From positions 41,418,001 through 41,482,000 of the forward strand of contig NC_045697.1 of the NCBI RefSeq assembly GCF_009834535.1: 64,000 nucleotides of DNA. Direction: 5' to 3'. The DNA is from Camelus ferus (taxonomy: Eukaryota). Under the pieces are notes generated by a model that saw only the letters and a program-made list of their open reading frames with translations, made no database searches and was not told where the DNA came from. The translations under genes were made by a program, and so were the position numbers. Shown here in pieces: positions 1 through 13,763 of the stretch; position 1 is the stretch's first letter; the number at the start of each line of letters is the position of its first letter.

Positions 1-405
1 TTAGTTTACAGCCCAATGCCTAGTATACAAAGAATTTTTTTAAAAAAAATGGCTGAAAATGCAGAAAAGATGAAAGGAGACTTAGAGATTTTTGTTTTTT
101 ACTCTCCCCACTCAACTTTTTACATTTGAAAGAAGAAAGTTAAGTATATTTCTCAAGTCACAGAGAAAAAGAATCAGAATCTAGTTCTCTTAGTTGCCTG
201 GCTATTATGTCCGATTTGATCATGGTGAGAATGAACAGATACCTGTATACCATCAGGGAAATACTGAAGTAATTGGAAGAGTCTGTTTCTCAAAATCTGA
301 AACAAGTACAAATTTTTATTCAGTTACTACTTAGGAACAGTAGTATTTTTATTCATTTATTTTCATTTATTTATTTAAATAATTAAAAAAGATTTTTTTG
401 TTGTT

Positions 406-485
406 AATGGAGGTACTGGGACTTGAACCCAGCATCTCCTGCATGCTAGGCACAAGCTCTACCACCTGAGCTATACCCCCAACCC
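406..485 (-). mobile_element. tRNA-Ala-derived SINE (camelid Vic-1-like)
   Basis: Reverse complement reads GGGGGTATAGCTCAGGTGGTAGAGCTTGTGCCTAGCATGCAGGAGATGCTGGGTTCAAGTCCCAGTACCTCCA with pol III A and B boxes; AT-rich tail lies to the left. Confidence 0.85.
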
Positions 486-496
486 ACACATTACAT

Positions 497-1060
497 TTTT
501 TTTAATTGAAGTACAGTCAATTACAATGTGTCAATTTCTGGTATACAGCACAACCTCCCAGTCATGCATATACATATATATATTAGTTTTTATATTTCTT
601 TTTCACTAAAGGTTATTATAAGATATTGAACATAGTTCCCTGTGCTATACAGAAGAAACTTTTAAAAATCTATTTTTATATATAGTGGCTAACAAACTCC
701 CAAATTTATCCCTTCCCACCCCCTTTCCCCAGTAACCATAAGATTATAAGATTATTTACTATGTCTGCAAGTCTGTTTCTGTTTTGTAGATGAGTTCATA
801 ATGTCCTTTGTTTTCTTTTCTGTTTTTTTTTTTTTTTTTAGATCCCACATATGAGTGATATATGGTATTTTTCTTTCTCTTTCTGGCTTACTTCACTTAA
901 AATGATGATCTCTAGGTCCATCCATGTTGCTGCAAATGACATTATTTTATTCTTTTTAATGGCTGAATAGTATTCCATTGTGTAAATATACTACAACTTC
1001 TTTATCCAATCATTTGTCAATCGACATTTAGGTTGTTTCCATGTCTTGGCTATTGTATGT
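497..1060 (-). mobile_element. L1 3' end (5'-truncated, young lineage-specific subfamily)
   Basis: Poly-T start, then L1 3'UTR and ORF2-end motifs (ccatccatgttgctgcaaat, catttaggttgtttccatgtcttggctattgt). Confidence 0.9.
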
Positions 1061-1105
1061 AGGAGCACTAAATTTTTAGATAAAATTGAATAGTGTCTTT
1101 TGTTG

Positions 1106-1134
<29 letters not shown>
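1106..1134. repeat. (T)29 homopolymer
   Basis: Direct read. Confidence 0.95.
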
Positions 1135-1137
<3 letters not shown>

Positions 1138-2776
1138 TAATGGTGTTTTGCTTATAAACTTAAACTTTTAATCAAACACAAAAGTGAAAATTAAAATAAA
1201 GCTTATTATCTCAAGAATTGTTCAAAATAAAATGATGATTGGAATAGGCCAAGATAAAAAAGTCAGAAAGGCTTATCTTGTTATACATTTCTCTTTAAAC
1301 CTGATCAATTTAAAATGTTTTGAGGAGAATTAACTATTTATTGCTATTAAACATAAGGAAATAAATGTAGTTAATTATGGTAACTGCCCCCTAGTCCAGA
1401 ACAATACAAATCAGTTCCCTAATATTATTATTAGTCAGCGTACCAAGAAGCACGGAAACAAAAAAAGCAACAGAACTTGGCAAAATGACCCAGAAGATGG
1501 GAATGCCTATTGCACCTTAAATTAATCAGATGGACACAGTGCACCTTAAATTAATCAAATGCACACACACGCATGTACACATGTGTACAGACTAGATAAC
1601 TTCATCCAAAAGTAGACTTTGTATACGTAACACTGGATTATTTTATTTTATGTTTTTGATTTTGTCATTTAAATTCATTTCTGTATACAGTGTGGTTTCC
1701 AAAGAAACCAGGTTAGAAATCAAAATAAAGTTCAAGTGAATATCTATTTTTAAACAGAAGGATTTGGACCATATGTTGAGTAATTTGATACTAAGAATGA
1801 TCTAAGGTATATTAAATTTACAGGAGAAATGAAGGTTGATTTAACACTGGACTATTTTAGACAGTTATCTTAATTTAGTTTTTCATGAGTCCTTTAGGGT
1901 GCCATCATTCCCAGGATTTGTGGATTAATGATGGGGCCATCAGCAGAAGTACTTGTAGTTAATATGCAAGAATTTTAATAACAGGAGAACTAGTTCCTCG
2001 ACAACCCCAAACAATTGTCTAATTTTACATCTGGTTCCTTTCTGAGTAAGTTGTTGTTTGATATTGTGTTCCAATACATAGAAAAATGAATTGAGAGTTG
2101 GCCTCACAAATAAGTGAGCAAGTGACAGCACTGCACAGATATTTGTTGCTCACATCTACCTCATTCCCTCTTACCAAACAGTCCCTTACCAAACATTTAT
2201 GGTATATTTATTGTATTCCCCTTTAGGACTCATATCCCTTGGTAGCTTCCAGCCTCCTTAGGAGAAGGAACCAGGTCTTATTCTGTGTTTACCCTAGTGA
2301 TTGGTGCAGAACTTGGCACATATTTACTGAAATTAAGAATATCTGTGATGGAATGAGTGAGTGAGTACAATCCCATGGAGAGCATCATGTTAGGAGATAC
2401 AGGAGCCACACTGATGACTAAGATATAGTTCAAAGTTCTCCCTTGGGTCCTTACATCTTTATTTTCAAGGCTTTCTGTAAAAATTCAGTGATAATTTATT
2501 ATCACAGATATTAGCTGATGCCACTGAGCAAGACAGATTACTAAGAAAAGGTATAAGAAGAAATAAATAGAAAATAGAACACAGGTGATTTGAAGCTTTA
2601 TGAATTTTTCACTAATCTCAGTGAATATTTGCTTATAAAACATTATTTCATTTCCATTAAAATCACTCATCAAAACTGATGAGTCTGAAATTCAAATCAG
2701 GTATATTAAAAATACTAAGTGATTATTAAAGGAATTCAATATTACTACTTATGAATACATTACATTTTATGGAAAT

Positions 2777-3481
2777 ACTATGGAGATAAGTATGGAGGTT
2801 CATTAGAAAACTAAAAATAGAATTACCATCTGATCTAGCAGTCCCACTCCTGGGCATATATTCAGAGAGAACTCTAATTAAAAAAGATATATGCACACCA
2901 ATGTTCATAGCAGCACTATTTACAATAGCCAAGACATGGAAGCAACCTAAATGTCCATCGACAGATGAATGGATAAAGAAGTTGTGGTATATATATATAC
3001 ACACACACATATACATATATATGAATATTACTCAGCCATAAGAAGAATGATATAATGCCACTTGCAGCAACATGGATGGACCTAGAGATTATCATATTAA
3101 GTAAAGTAAGTCAGACAGAGAAAGGCAAATATCATACAATATCATTTATATGTGGAATCTAAAATATGATACAAATGAACTTATTTACAAAGCAGAAATA
3201 GACTCACAGATATAGAAAACAAACTTATGGTTACCAAAGGGGAAATGGGAGAGAGGGATAAATTGGGAGTTTGGGATTAATGTATACACACTACTACATA
3301 TAAAATGGAAAAGCAACAAGGACTTACTGTATAGCACAGGGAATTATATTCAATATCTTGTAATAACCTATAATGGAAACGAGTCTGAAAAAGAATACAT
3401 ATATGTATAACTGAATTACTCTTCTGTACACCTGAAACCAACACAACTTTGTAAATCAACTATACTTCAATTAAAAAAAAA
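2777..3481 (+). mobile_element. L1 3' end (ORF2 C-terminus + 3'UTR + poly-A)
   Basis: ORF2 terminal motifs (ctaaaaatagaattacca, gcagcaacatggatggacctagag); ends caattaaaaaaaa. Confidence 0.9.
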
Positions 3482-4789
3482 GCATACAATGAAACTGAAA
3501 AGGAATTTTGTGGAAATGAGTTGATTTAAAATGTGATCTCCAATATGATGATATAGTCTATTTGATTTGAGTCCTATGGAATATAGATAAGATCACGTTG
3601 TATGACAACTTGTTATATGTGTGATTTTTGTGTTTGTAAATGTATGTGCAGTAGAGATCAGTTGTTAAACATGTGTACCTAGTAGTATTTTTATGATGTA
3701 TTTAATTTGCAGAATTGATGTTTCAATTATTTTAAAACCGTCAAAGGGAGAAGGAAAGCAAAACCTGTAAAACTGATAAAAACACACAGAAATCTGATAA
3801 AGAAATGATTTTTCATTTAGAAAATGACACATTTTATAGTCAGAGCTATACTTCAAAGCCAGCAAAAGAGATATATTTTTAAATTTGTGAAAACTTCTTA
3901 GATGTAGATACTTGCGAATGTTCTACCGTTGCTGTTTTGTGATAAATAGGATTAATTGATCTAGCCTTTAGAAAAGATTGTTAGAAACAAAAGGAGGAGT
4001 ATTTTATACTAAAATATTTTCAGTAGTCTGTAGTTGCTAATTTTAGTTTATATTTTATTAGGTCTTCTTGGTGAGTTTCAAGTTACTGCTTTGGTGCATT
4101 TCACAACAAATGATTTTGCCCTAAGTCTTTAGTAATCTGTTACTTTAGTTATTCTCTCTCTAATTGATGTGTGAAAGTAGAACATTTTCTATGACATTAG
4201 ATAAAAGTATACACATTTTTAAAAAATGTAGGGTTTGAAGAGAAAACACACTTTAGATGGTGATTTAGAAATGGCAAACGCCACACCTTGGGAAAATAAT
4301 TCCAGATTAAGAAAAGTCGTTTTTACTCTTAGCTAAACACTCTCAATTTACTGTTAAATCAAGTATTCAACAAGTGTTTATTGACTACTGTGTGCCTTTA
4401 ATGTTCATACTATTAATCATAACCTCCAATAACATTTATTGAGTGTGTACTGTCTGTAAATTACTGTACTAAAGGGAGCTAGTAGTTTGAAATGATTAAT
4501 AGTTTGTTTATATGCAGTCGAGCCAGGCTCTGCTGTGTGTTGTCTGGGGTTTGATGGTGCACTGAGGTAAGCTGCAGTGTGTTCAGAGAAAAAGGTTAGT
4601 TCAAGGTCATCTGAAGCAAGGAAGTAGCTTTGGAATGAAGAAAAATTTCTACATCTTAAGGCAAATTTTGAGAAAAATATCTTATGAATTTTTCTCTAAT
4701 TCTTCACTCTACTTCTCAAATGCCTACTATGTACCGTATGTACATATGCAATGTACTATGTGGGTAAAAAGATTAGTAAAACAGCATTT

Positions 4790-5455
4790 TTTAAATTATA
4801 CAGTTTAAAAATTATGCTTCTTTTAAGGTTATTACAAAATACTGGCTATATTTCCCTGTACAATATACCCCTATTTTAAAATCTATTTTTTACAAGTATT
4901 TTGTATCTCTTAATTCCATAACTTTATCTTGCATCTCTCCCTTCCACCTCCCCACTAGTGACTATTAGTTTGTTCTCTACACCTGTGAGTCTGCTTTTGT
5001 TTTGTTATATATTATTTGTTTTATTATTTAGATTCCACATATAAGTGATAACAGAGTATTTATATTTCTTTCTCTGACTTATTTCACTAAACTCAGTACC
5101 CTCTGGTTCTGTCTATGTTGCTGCAAATGCCAGAATTTCATTCTTTTTATGGCTGAGTAATAGTCCATTGTAAGACATTTTGACAGATGTGAGGTAATAT
5201 CTCATTTTTTTTGCATTCTCTTTTTTTTTGAAGTATAGTCAGTTTATAATGTGTTATTTCTGGTGTACAGTATAATGTTTCAGTCATACATATACATACA
5301 TACATTCATTTTCAGTTTTTTTCAGTATAGGTTCATTGTGGTTTTGATTTGCACTTTTTTGATGATTAGTGACACTGAACAGTTTTCATGTGCCTATTGG
5401 CCATCTGTATATCTTCTTTGGAAAAATATCTATTCTGGCCATCTGTCCATTTTTA
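4790..5455 (-). mobile_element. L1 3' fragment with internal deletion and a nested short L1 3' piece (~5218-5331)
   Basis: 3'UTR motifs followed by an ORF2 fragment (tgacagatgtgaggtaatatctcatt...cattgtggttttgatttgca) interrupted by a second poly-T-led L1 end. Confidence 0.8.
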
Positions 5456-6794
5456 AACTTCTTCTAAACTGAGTATTTTATTTATTTCATTAGTTTTATT
5501 TTCATAGAAATACATAATTTACTGCATCTAGTGTTATGTACCCTCTCTCAAGTAACTATGGCTGAAGAAACCTATCAAATAACCAGAAAGATAGACCCAG
5601 TTCACATGAAAATACACCCTCTAGGTATTTTTGTATCTTGTGAAGCTTCATGGGGACACACAGCACTTTTTTCTAAGAATAGCCATAAGTTTGGCTGAGT
5701 GACTTAAACATTTTACCTTTTTGCTCCTTAGAACAGTCATGCAAAGAAGGGATGGCTGGGTGGGACAGATAACACTGTTTATAGACATGGATGAGAAAAA
5801 AGAAAACTTTTTAATATCTTTTGGTTTCTTCATTTACCTAAATTCTTTCCAGCCATAGGCACTGATTATTCTGCTCAAATGATTGTAGGTTTGCTTTCTT
5901 AACTCACTATTTCTTATATTTTATCAGTTAAAAGGTATTACACAGATGTGAGTTATTGAGGTGTGTGGAAGAAGATGGTGATTATGATGAATGCTATCAT
6001 TTTCCATCCAGGCACTGGGCTAAGGACCATTAACTCATTCCATTCTCACAACACGTTTATGAATAGAGATTCTATTATTTGCTTGTTACAGGTGACAAAA
6101 CCGACTCTTGGCTTAAAGTTACACAGCTAATAATCTACCAAGAACTGTAATACTAGGACTAAGTAAATGAGCATGATTAGGTCTGTAAAAAAAATTAGAT
6201 GCCCACACATTCTGTGGTTCTAAGATTTGTTAGGATGGTAAACATCTATAGTATATTTTAAAAGCTACCTTTAATTTGCTGAAATAATTGTGTGTAGGTT
6301 TCCTACACTGAAAATTGAGGACAGTTCTATGTGTGCTGTGTCAATATGCAGATTTTCATTTGGTTCCTTTAAGGCTGGAAAGAATTCTGGAAGTTTGAAT
6401 TTTCAAAATCAAATTATGTTGGCACCTCTTTGGACTAAAGTCAAGTATTTAATTAAAAGGATAAAATGTAAATATTAATGTTCAGAAGAACATAGCCACC
6501 TTTGCCTTTAATTGTTATTTGAAGTGGACAGCCAGTTGTTCCATGTCACACTTATGCAATAATGAACAGCCAATTCTTTTAACCCCATAAAATAGCTCAT
6601 GGTTATATAAAAATTATATGAAATACGGTCTTACCTGTCATGATTATTGAACTCATAATTGGTTAAGCCAGACTCAGGAACCAGGAGCGCCAGCTAGATT
6701 GACCCAGAGGAGAACAATCCAAGCAGAATGTGGTGCTCAGTGTTTCAACACCATGGTAGCAGGTAATAAGAGACTGAGTACAGCTGCTACTAGT

Positions 6795-7010
6795 GCTAAC
6801 ATTTATTGAGTGTTCATCATATGCCAGGGCACTTTTTAAAGTTTTAAGCACTTTAAAATACTAAACCATTCAATCGTCATACAAATTAGGTCTGTTATTA
6901 CCCCCATTTTACAAATGAAGAAACGAAATCTCAAAAATGTTGAATAATTTGTTTAAGGCCACGCAATAACTGGTGACACTGGCAATTGACTCCAGGTAGT
7001 CTGGCTTCAG
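6795..7010 (-). mobile_element. MIR SINE
   Basis: aacatttattgagtg...attacccccattttacaaatgaagaaac core. Confidence 0.75.
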
Positions 7011-7702
7011 AATAAGCATGGAAAGTTTGTAATGAAGTATTGTGTAGTTGGTACAAAATGCAGTGACTCCTACAGTCAGTAAGAAGTGAGGACAATACAG
7101 AAATCCAGGGAGGCCTTGGGAAAGATAGGTTTTTAGTTAAGTGTTGAAGTTTAGAAGCAGGCTGTAGTTTTGGAGAGGATTGACAAGGCTAAACCAAAGC
7201 CCCATATTCAGGCTTCCTGTGATTTCTATTTCCTCATCTTCTTTAGGTGAGTGCTGCCATGGGGAGTGATAGTGCAGATTTTCCCTGTATTGGGTGACTT
7301 TGTTTACATAGTGGCAATAAGACCCATAGCACGGAGTGTGGGTCTCTCCCAATGGGGAGATGTTAAAAGTGCCTAAAAGCAGTAGCCAGTTCTCTGCTGC
7401 TCTGAGAAAATTCCTGGTTTCAAATTATATTAGAGTTAGCTAGATAAATTTAGAAACTTATTAAGGCAAAATGACAACAGATGAGACAAGATTAGGGCCA
7501 GAAAAACGTGTAAGGGGTTCAGGATTTGGGGCCATCCTTGCATGTAAGGCACTTTGTACGAATTAGAAAAAGTCACTCCTCCTTCCCAGAGCTAGTCTGA
7601 TGAGTGGACTGTAAGAGGGGTTTCATCTCCACCTGCCCACTGGCTGGGGTCCCAGCTCTTTGAGGTCCTTTAGTTAACTTTGAATTAAAAATTGTTTCCT
7701 TG

Positions 7703-9462
7703 AATAGATTTAATGTAGTCCCTATCAAAATTTCAATGGCATTTTCACAGAAATACAAAAAACAATTCTAAAATTTGTATGGAGCCACAGAAGACCCCAA
7801 ATAGACAAGGCAATCCTGAGAAAGAATAACAAAGCTGGAGATATCATACTTACGATTTGAAACTGTATTAGCAAAGTAATCAAAACATTATAGTAATGGC
7901 ATAAAAATAGACACATAGACCAATGAAACAATCAAGAGAAATAAACCTTTGAATCTATGGTCAACTAATATTTGACAAAGGAGCCAAGAATATTCAATGG
8001 GGAAAATACTCAATAAAAAGTGCTGAGAAAACTGAAACTGGATAATCACATGCAGAAGAATGAAATTGGACCCTTATCTTACACTGCTAACAAAAATGAA
8101 CTCAAAATGGTTAATGACTTAAATATAAGACCCGAAACTGCAAAATGCCTAGAAGAAAACATAGGAAAAATCTCCTTGACATTGGTCTTGTCAATTTTTT
8201 TTTTTTTTGATATGACACTGAAAGTGCAGTAACAAAAGCAAAAACCAACAAGTGGGACTATATTAAACTAAAAAGCTTCTGCGCAGCAAAAGACGCAATC
8301 AACAAAATGAAAAGGCAGCCTATGAAATGGAAGAGAGTATTTGTAAGTCATGTATCTCGTAAGGGATTAATATCCAAAAATATGTAAAGAACCGATACAA
8401 CTCAATAGCAAAAACCAAACAACCCTATTAAAAAACAGGCAGAGGAAATGAATGGATAGTATTCCAAAGACATACAAATGGCTAACAGGCACATGAAAAG
8501 GCACACAACATCCCTAGTCATCAGGGAGATGGAGGTCAAAACCACAGTGAGAGATCACCTGATACCTGTTGGAATGGCTATTATCAAAAGAGCAAGAGAA
8601 AACAAGTGTTGATGACGGTGTGGAGAAAAAGTATCCTGTGTGCACTATTGATGGGAATGTAAATTGGTACAACCACTATGGAAAACTGTATGGAGGTTCC
8701 TTAAAAAATTAAAAATAGAACTACCATATGACTCAGCAATCCCACTTCTGGGCATATATACAAAGGAATTGAAATCAGGATCTTGTAGAGATACCTGTCT
8801 TCCCATGTTCATTGCAGCATTATTCACAGTAATCAAGTTAAGAAAACAATGTGTCTGTCGGATGGATGAATGGATAAAGAAAATGTGATGTATATATAGA
8901 TATAGATATATGTATATCTATATACTGTTCAGCCATGAGAAAGAAAGAAATCCTGCCATTTGTGACAACTTGAATGAAACTTTAGGGCATTATGCTAAGT
9001 GAAATAGGTCAGAAAGGAAGAGGCAAATACTTAACATATTACTTATATGTGGAGTTTAAAAAGCTGAATTAAACAAAGTAAAGAGTAGAATAGTGATTAA
9101 CAGGGGTTGGAGGGCGAATAAAATGGAACGATATTAGTCAAAGAGTACAAACTTCCAATTATAAGATAAATAAGTTCTGGGGATCTAATGTACAGCATGG
9201 TGATTATAGCTAATAATACTGAATTATATACTTGAAAGCTGCTAAGAGAGTAGATCTTAAATATTCTCACCACAATAAAGGAATGGTAATTATGTGATGG
9301 GATGGAGGTGTTAGCTACACTATGGTAGTAATCATTTGCAATATATAAATGTATCAAACCAACACACTGTGCACCTTAAACTCACACCATTTTATATATC
9401 AATTATATATCAATAAAGCTGAATGAAAAAGCAAAGTGCAAAAGAGCAAAAAAAAAAAAAAA
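7703..9462 (+). mobile_element. L1 (L1MA-like) 3' ~1.75 kb, degraded ORF2 + 3'UTR
   Basis: ORF 8664-8888 translates [31 protein letters not shown] (ORF2 C-terminus); AATAAA near 9412 and poly-A; gtttcctt at both flanks as a likely TSD remnant. Confidence 0.92.
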
Positions 9463-10111
9463 AGTTTCCTTCTCACCAGCTTTTACCAGTAGAGAAGTAT
9501 GATTATATTTCTAGCCTAACCAGGGGAAAGAAAAAGAAAAAGAAAAAGAAAAGAAAAGACATTAAATGTCTACCTCTCTGTAGGCTCAAATTTCTGCTGT
9601 ATTTCTTCTGGCTTCTTGTGCTTTCCTGGCTGGCCTCTTGGCTGTGGGGGAAGAAAAGGAAAACTCCTTTTTTCAAGATGTAATTAGCACTTCCCCTGGC
9701 ACTGGCTCCTGAATTTCTGCCAATTCATTCTCCATGAGTTTTCTGCTAGATCCTTGCTTCCACACCAAATGGATTCCCTTATCAACCAGCTCTGAAAGAT
9801 AGGTGATAGAAGGAATGGTTGGACTAGATCTTCAAAAATGGCTTAATATGGAGACTATAGTTTTATAATGTCCCAAATCAGCAAACATGACAACTACACA
9901 TGTTTTTGTTGGGACAGTAATAGCTACCTTCCACTGATTGCTGTAGGTCACGTACTATGAAATGCTTTATACAAAAACAACAACAAATGAGCATCAAATA
10001 CAATGTGCCAGGATCATGCCAGACTCCTGAATAGGAGTTTCTTATTTAATCCATCTAAACCATTCTAGGAAGTACACAATATCACTATTCCTATTGTCTT
10101 TTTTAAAACCA

Positions 10112-10690
10112 TTTTTTAAATTGAAGTGTAGTTAATTTACAATGTTGTGTTAGTTTCAGGTGTACAGCAAAGTGATTCAGTTTTATTCTTTTTCAGATTC
10201 TTTTCCATTATTGATTATTACAAGATATTGAACATGGTTCCCTGTGCTATATATTAGGTCATTGTTGTTTATCTGTTTTATATATAGTAGTTTGTATATG
10301 TTAAGCCCTAATTTATACCTTCTCCTCCCCATCCACTACTTTCCATAAGTTTGTTTTCTATATCTGTGAGTCTATTTCTGTTTTGTAAAAATGTTCATTT
10401 GTAAATTTTTTGATTCCACATATAAGTGATATCATATGATGTTTATCTTTTTCTGTCTGACTTACTTCATTTAATATGATAATCTCTAGATCCATCCATG
10501 TTGCTGCAAGTGGCATTATTTCATTCTTTTCTTATGGCTGAGTAACATTCCATTTTGTATATATATCACAACTTTTTTATCCAGTTATCCGTTGACAGAC
10601 ATTTAGGTTGTTTCCATGTCTTGGCTATTATAAATGGTTCTGCTATGAACATTGGGGTGTGTGTATCTTTTCAAATTAGAGTTTTCTCCA
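10112..10690 (-). mobile_element. L1 3' end inserted in a MIR
   Basis: tttttaaattgaagtg start, L1 3'UTR and ORF2-end motifs; MIR-like halves at ~9920-10090 and ~10700-10800. Confidence 0.85.
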
Positions 10691-11105
10691 CACTCTCTCT
10701 GCTTTATTGTTCAAGGTCATAGGGTTAGCAGTCTATTCATGGAGATTTAGCCCAGGTAGCCTGTCTCCAGTGCAGGGACCTTAAACTACTATACTGTTCT
10801 TACTGTCTGGCTACTGAGATAGAGTTTGAAACCAGGACTTTCAACATCTGGGGCATATATTGTACGTTCAAGATTCCTTCCAATGGTGTGAAACAAGATT
10901 TCTATGGATTTGCCCTTCTCTACTTACAGATTGTCTTGCTCTGAAATATTTTTGCTCCTTTTCTTTATAAGTGGGGCTGAACATGGTAGGATCAAACTGT
11001 CATAACTCAACTTTAAAACTGAACTTAAAAGATAATAAAAAGAGTTTTAAACAGTGATAAAATACTTTCTTTGTAATAAATAACAATAAGAAAGCATCAC
11101 CTTTA

Positions 11106-11221
11106 ATGAAAAAGAATATGAAAACGAATATATATATTTACATGCATGACTGGGACATTGTGCTGTACACCAGAAACTGACACATTGTAACTGACTGTAC
11201 TTCAGTAGTAATTAAAAAAAA
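11106..11221 (+). mobile_element. Very short L1 3'-terminal fragment
   Basis: gctgtacaccagaaactgacacattgtaactgactgtacttca followed by an A tail. Confidence 0.8.
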
Positions 11222-11406
11222 GTAAGCGGCTTCCAAGGAAACTGCAAGGCAGCTAATCCCACCACTAAATTTTTCTTTCAGAGAGCAATATCTGTTACAT
11301 GCTGAGTAACATCTTATACAATTAGAAAGCTTATTGTAATTTTTAAATGTGAATTGATTCAAACAGATTTATTATAGAAATTAAGTCAACTGTTAACCAT
11401 ATCCTA

Positions 11407-11444
11407 ATCTCTTCTCTGCCTTTTGGCTAAGATCAAGTGTAGTA
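11407..11444 (+). pseudogene. 3'-truncated U2 snRNA retropseudogene (U2 nt 1-38)
   Basis: atctcttctctgccttttggctaagatcaagtgtagta matches the U2 5' end ATCGCTTCTCGGCCTTTTGGCTAAGATCAAGTGTAGTA at 36/38; flanked by 18-bp direct repeats (11388-11405 and 11444-11461, 2 mismatches). Confidence 0.92.
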
Positions 11445-11567
11445 ACCGATAACCATATCCTGATTTGAGTACATTAATATGGGCTTTGGGATTCAAAGTT
11501 ATTTTCTGTTGTGCTGTCATATCTTTGTGGTGACTTACACCCAGTAAATTAAACCTCTCCTCTACTT

Positions 11568-11615
11568 GAAAAAAGAAAGAAAAGAAAAAAAAAAGAAAGG
11601 AAGGAAAGAAAGGAA

Positions 11616-11703
<88 letters not shown>

Positions 11704-11733
11704 AAGGGAAGGAGGGGGGAGGGAGGGAGGAAA
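11568..11733 (+). repeat. Polypurine tract with (GAAA)n microsatellite core
   Basis: 166 nt of only A/G; perfect GAAA array in the middle. Confidence 0.95.
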
Positions 11734-12674
11734 TCATTATGATCCCTTGCTAATTTTTCCTGTACATTACTATAATAATGCTTTCAGGGCTTGAAAGATG
11801 TCTGCTCCCTCTTAATACGACATTTGTCATGAGAAACTGTACTAAACATGGATGTGGGAAAGAAATGCATTAGCGGAAGGGCACCATAAGAAACACTCAA
11901 TAAAAAAGAAAAAAAAAATCAGTTAATAATGTCAGAGAAGAGGTGACCTTTTGTCAGAAACTTGTCTAACCCTAAGGCGTATCATTGAAATTTCTAACAC
12001 AGTGACAAAATAATGATAGGTTAGCAGTAACTTTGCACATGATGTGATTGTGAGATGTGAGAAATATATGTTTGTATACGTGTGTATTATTTGTGTATTA
12101 GCAATACACACCACAAAAGAATTAGCTGCATCATGTTTTTCAGCGTTTTAGTTCCCCATACTTCTTTACATCTCATCTAAGTGCTTTTTTGGGTAGAAAC
12201 TATAAAATTTAATACGTATTATGGAAAATTTTAAATAAATGTCTTTTAAAGGTATTATCAAGTTTCTGTTCTTTTCTAATATTGCTAAGCAGAATTAGCT
12301 GTTTCCTTCTGTGTCCTCATTGTACTAGTTCATGCCACCGGGACAGCATCTGTCAAAATATATTACAGCTCAGGAACCACCTCAAACTGTGAGGACATGA
12401 AGGCCAGAGCCTGGCTTGCTCACCTTACCCTCCCAGCACCCATTAGTGCACCTACTGCATGTTAGGTGCTCAGTACTGGACTTGTTGAATGAATGGACTG
12501 ATAAAGCCGTATTGGGTGCAGGTTGCAGCTACAAGTGATTCTTGCCCTCGGACTACTCATGGTACAAAAGGGGAGATTGTATATTGCTTATTAATAATAA
12601 AGGACATTAATACTGGAAGTAAAAATGTGTGCTGAGTAAGAATCTTGACTTACATTTGAATTCAACCTTAAGAG

Positions 12675-12900
12675 AGGCAGAACTGTGCAGTGACTAGGGA
12701 CATGGAATTCTGTAGGTGTTATTTGGGTTCAGTCTCAGCTCTGCTATTTGCTAACAGCCTGACTGAGCTTCCGTCTCCTCATCTTAAGGGCGGATATTGA
12801 TAATAATACTATCTACCGCATACAGTTGTTATGAATTTAAATGAATTAGCTCTCTTAGAGTGGTGGAAACAGCATCTGGCATATAATAAATAGTCATAAT
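12675..12900 (+). mobile_element. MIR SINE
   Basis: tgggttcagtctcagctctgc...ctcctcatcttaa...ataataatactatctaccgcata. Confidence 0.75.
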
Positions 12901-13528
12901 TATCTTTGGATTTAAAAGAGTATTTAGAAGTAATACACAAGATCTTGGGACTTTTTTTTAAGGATTTAGAAGTAATACACTATGGGCATCTTTCTTGAAA
13001 TAGCTTGTATAGAATACTTAGTGTTGCAGTAACATAGTGGATATTTACTGTCTCATTACTGTGAATGGGTGCATTTTGAGTTGTTTTCCAGAAGTGGTGG
13101 AAGATTTATGCGCCCTTTCATTTTGAAGAGCAAAGTTTCCCCACAGATTATGCAAAAGTGGACACAGATGTGTGGAGATATTGATTCCCCTCAATCACTG
13201 GGTTGTGCCTGAGGGTGGCCCAGAGTCCTTGGCTGTTGTCTCAGCTTGGCGTGACCTCATCCACTGTCCCAGAGCATCATGTGGGGATTGTTTTCTGTGT
13301 GAGCCAAGATCTGGTAAAGGTTAGGAAGCTCTGTCATAGTAACTCTGAATTTCACTTCACTTTTTAAAATAAATGGGATCCTACTCAAGATAGAAAATGT
13401 GCTAGAATGTCAAACAAATACAGTGTTTTCCCCTGGTATCCCTTTCCATAGATAATTGTGTTTCCTGAGTTTTTAGGTTCCCAAGTTTGCTTCATCTTCT
13501 GATTATCGTTTTTTTTTTTTTGGCATGC

Positions 13529-13530
13529 AT

Positions 13531-13581
<51 letters not shown>

Positions 13582-13710
13582 TTTTATTAAGTATAGCCAG
13601 TTTGCAATGTTGTATCCATTTCTGGTGTAAAGCATAAGGTTTCAGTCATACATATATATACATAAATTCGTTTTCATATTCGTTTTTTATTATAGGTTAC
13701 TACAAGATAT
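13529..13710 (-). mobile_element. Short L1 3' end with (TTTA)n tail
   Basis: (attt)n array followed by L1 3'UTR terminal sequence. Confidence 0.85.
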
Positions 13711-13763
13711 CCTTAAGCCTACTAAGTCATGGTTTCCCAGCTTGTAAAAATCATACACCACTG

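Noticed and set aside
7725..8888. ORFs with L1 ORF2-like peptides (also 39128-39331, 43928-44998, 47599-47975)
   Set aside because: Fragmented, frameshifted, 5'-truncated L1 remnants; not host genes or active elements.
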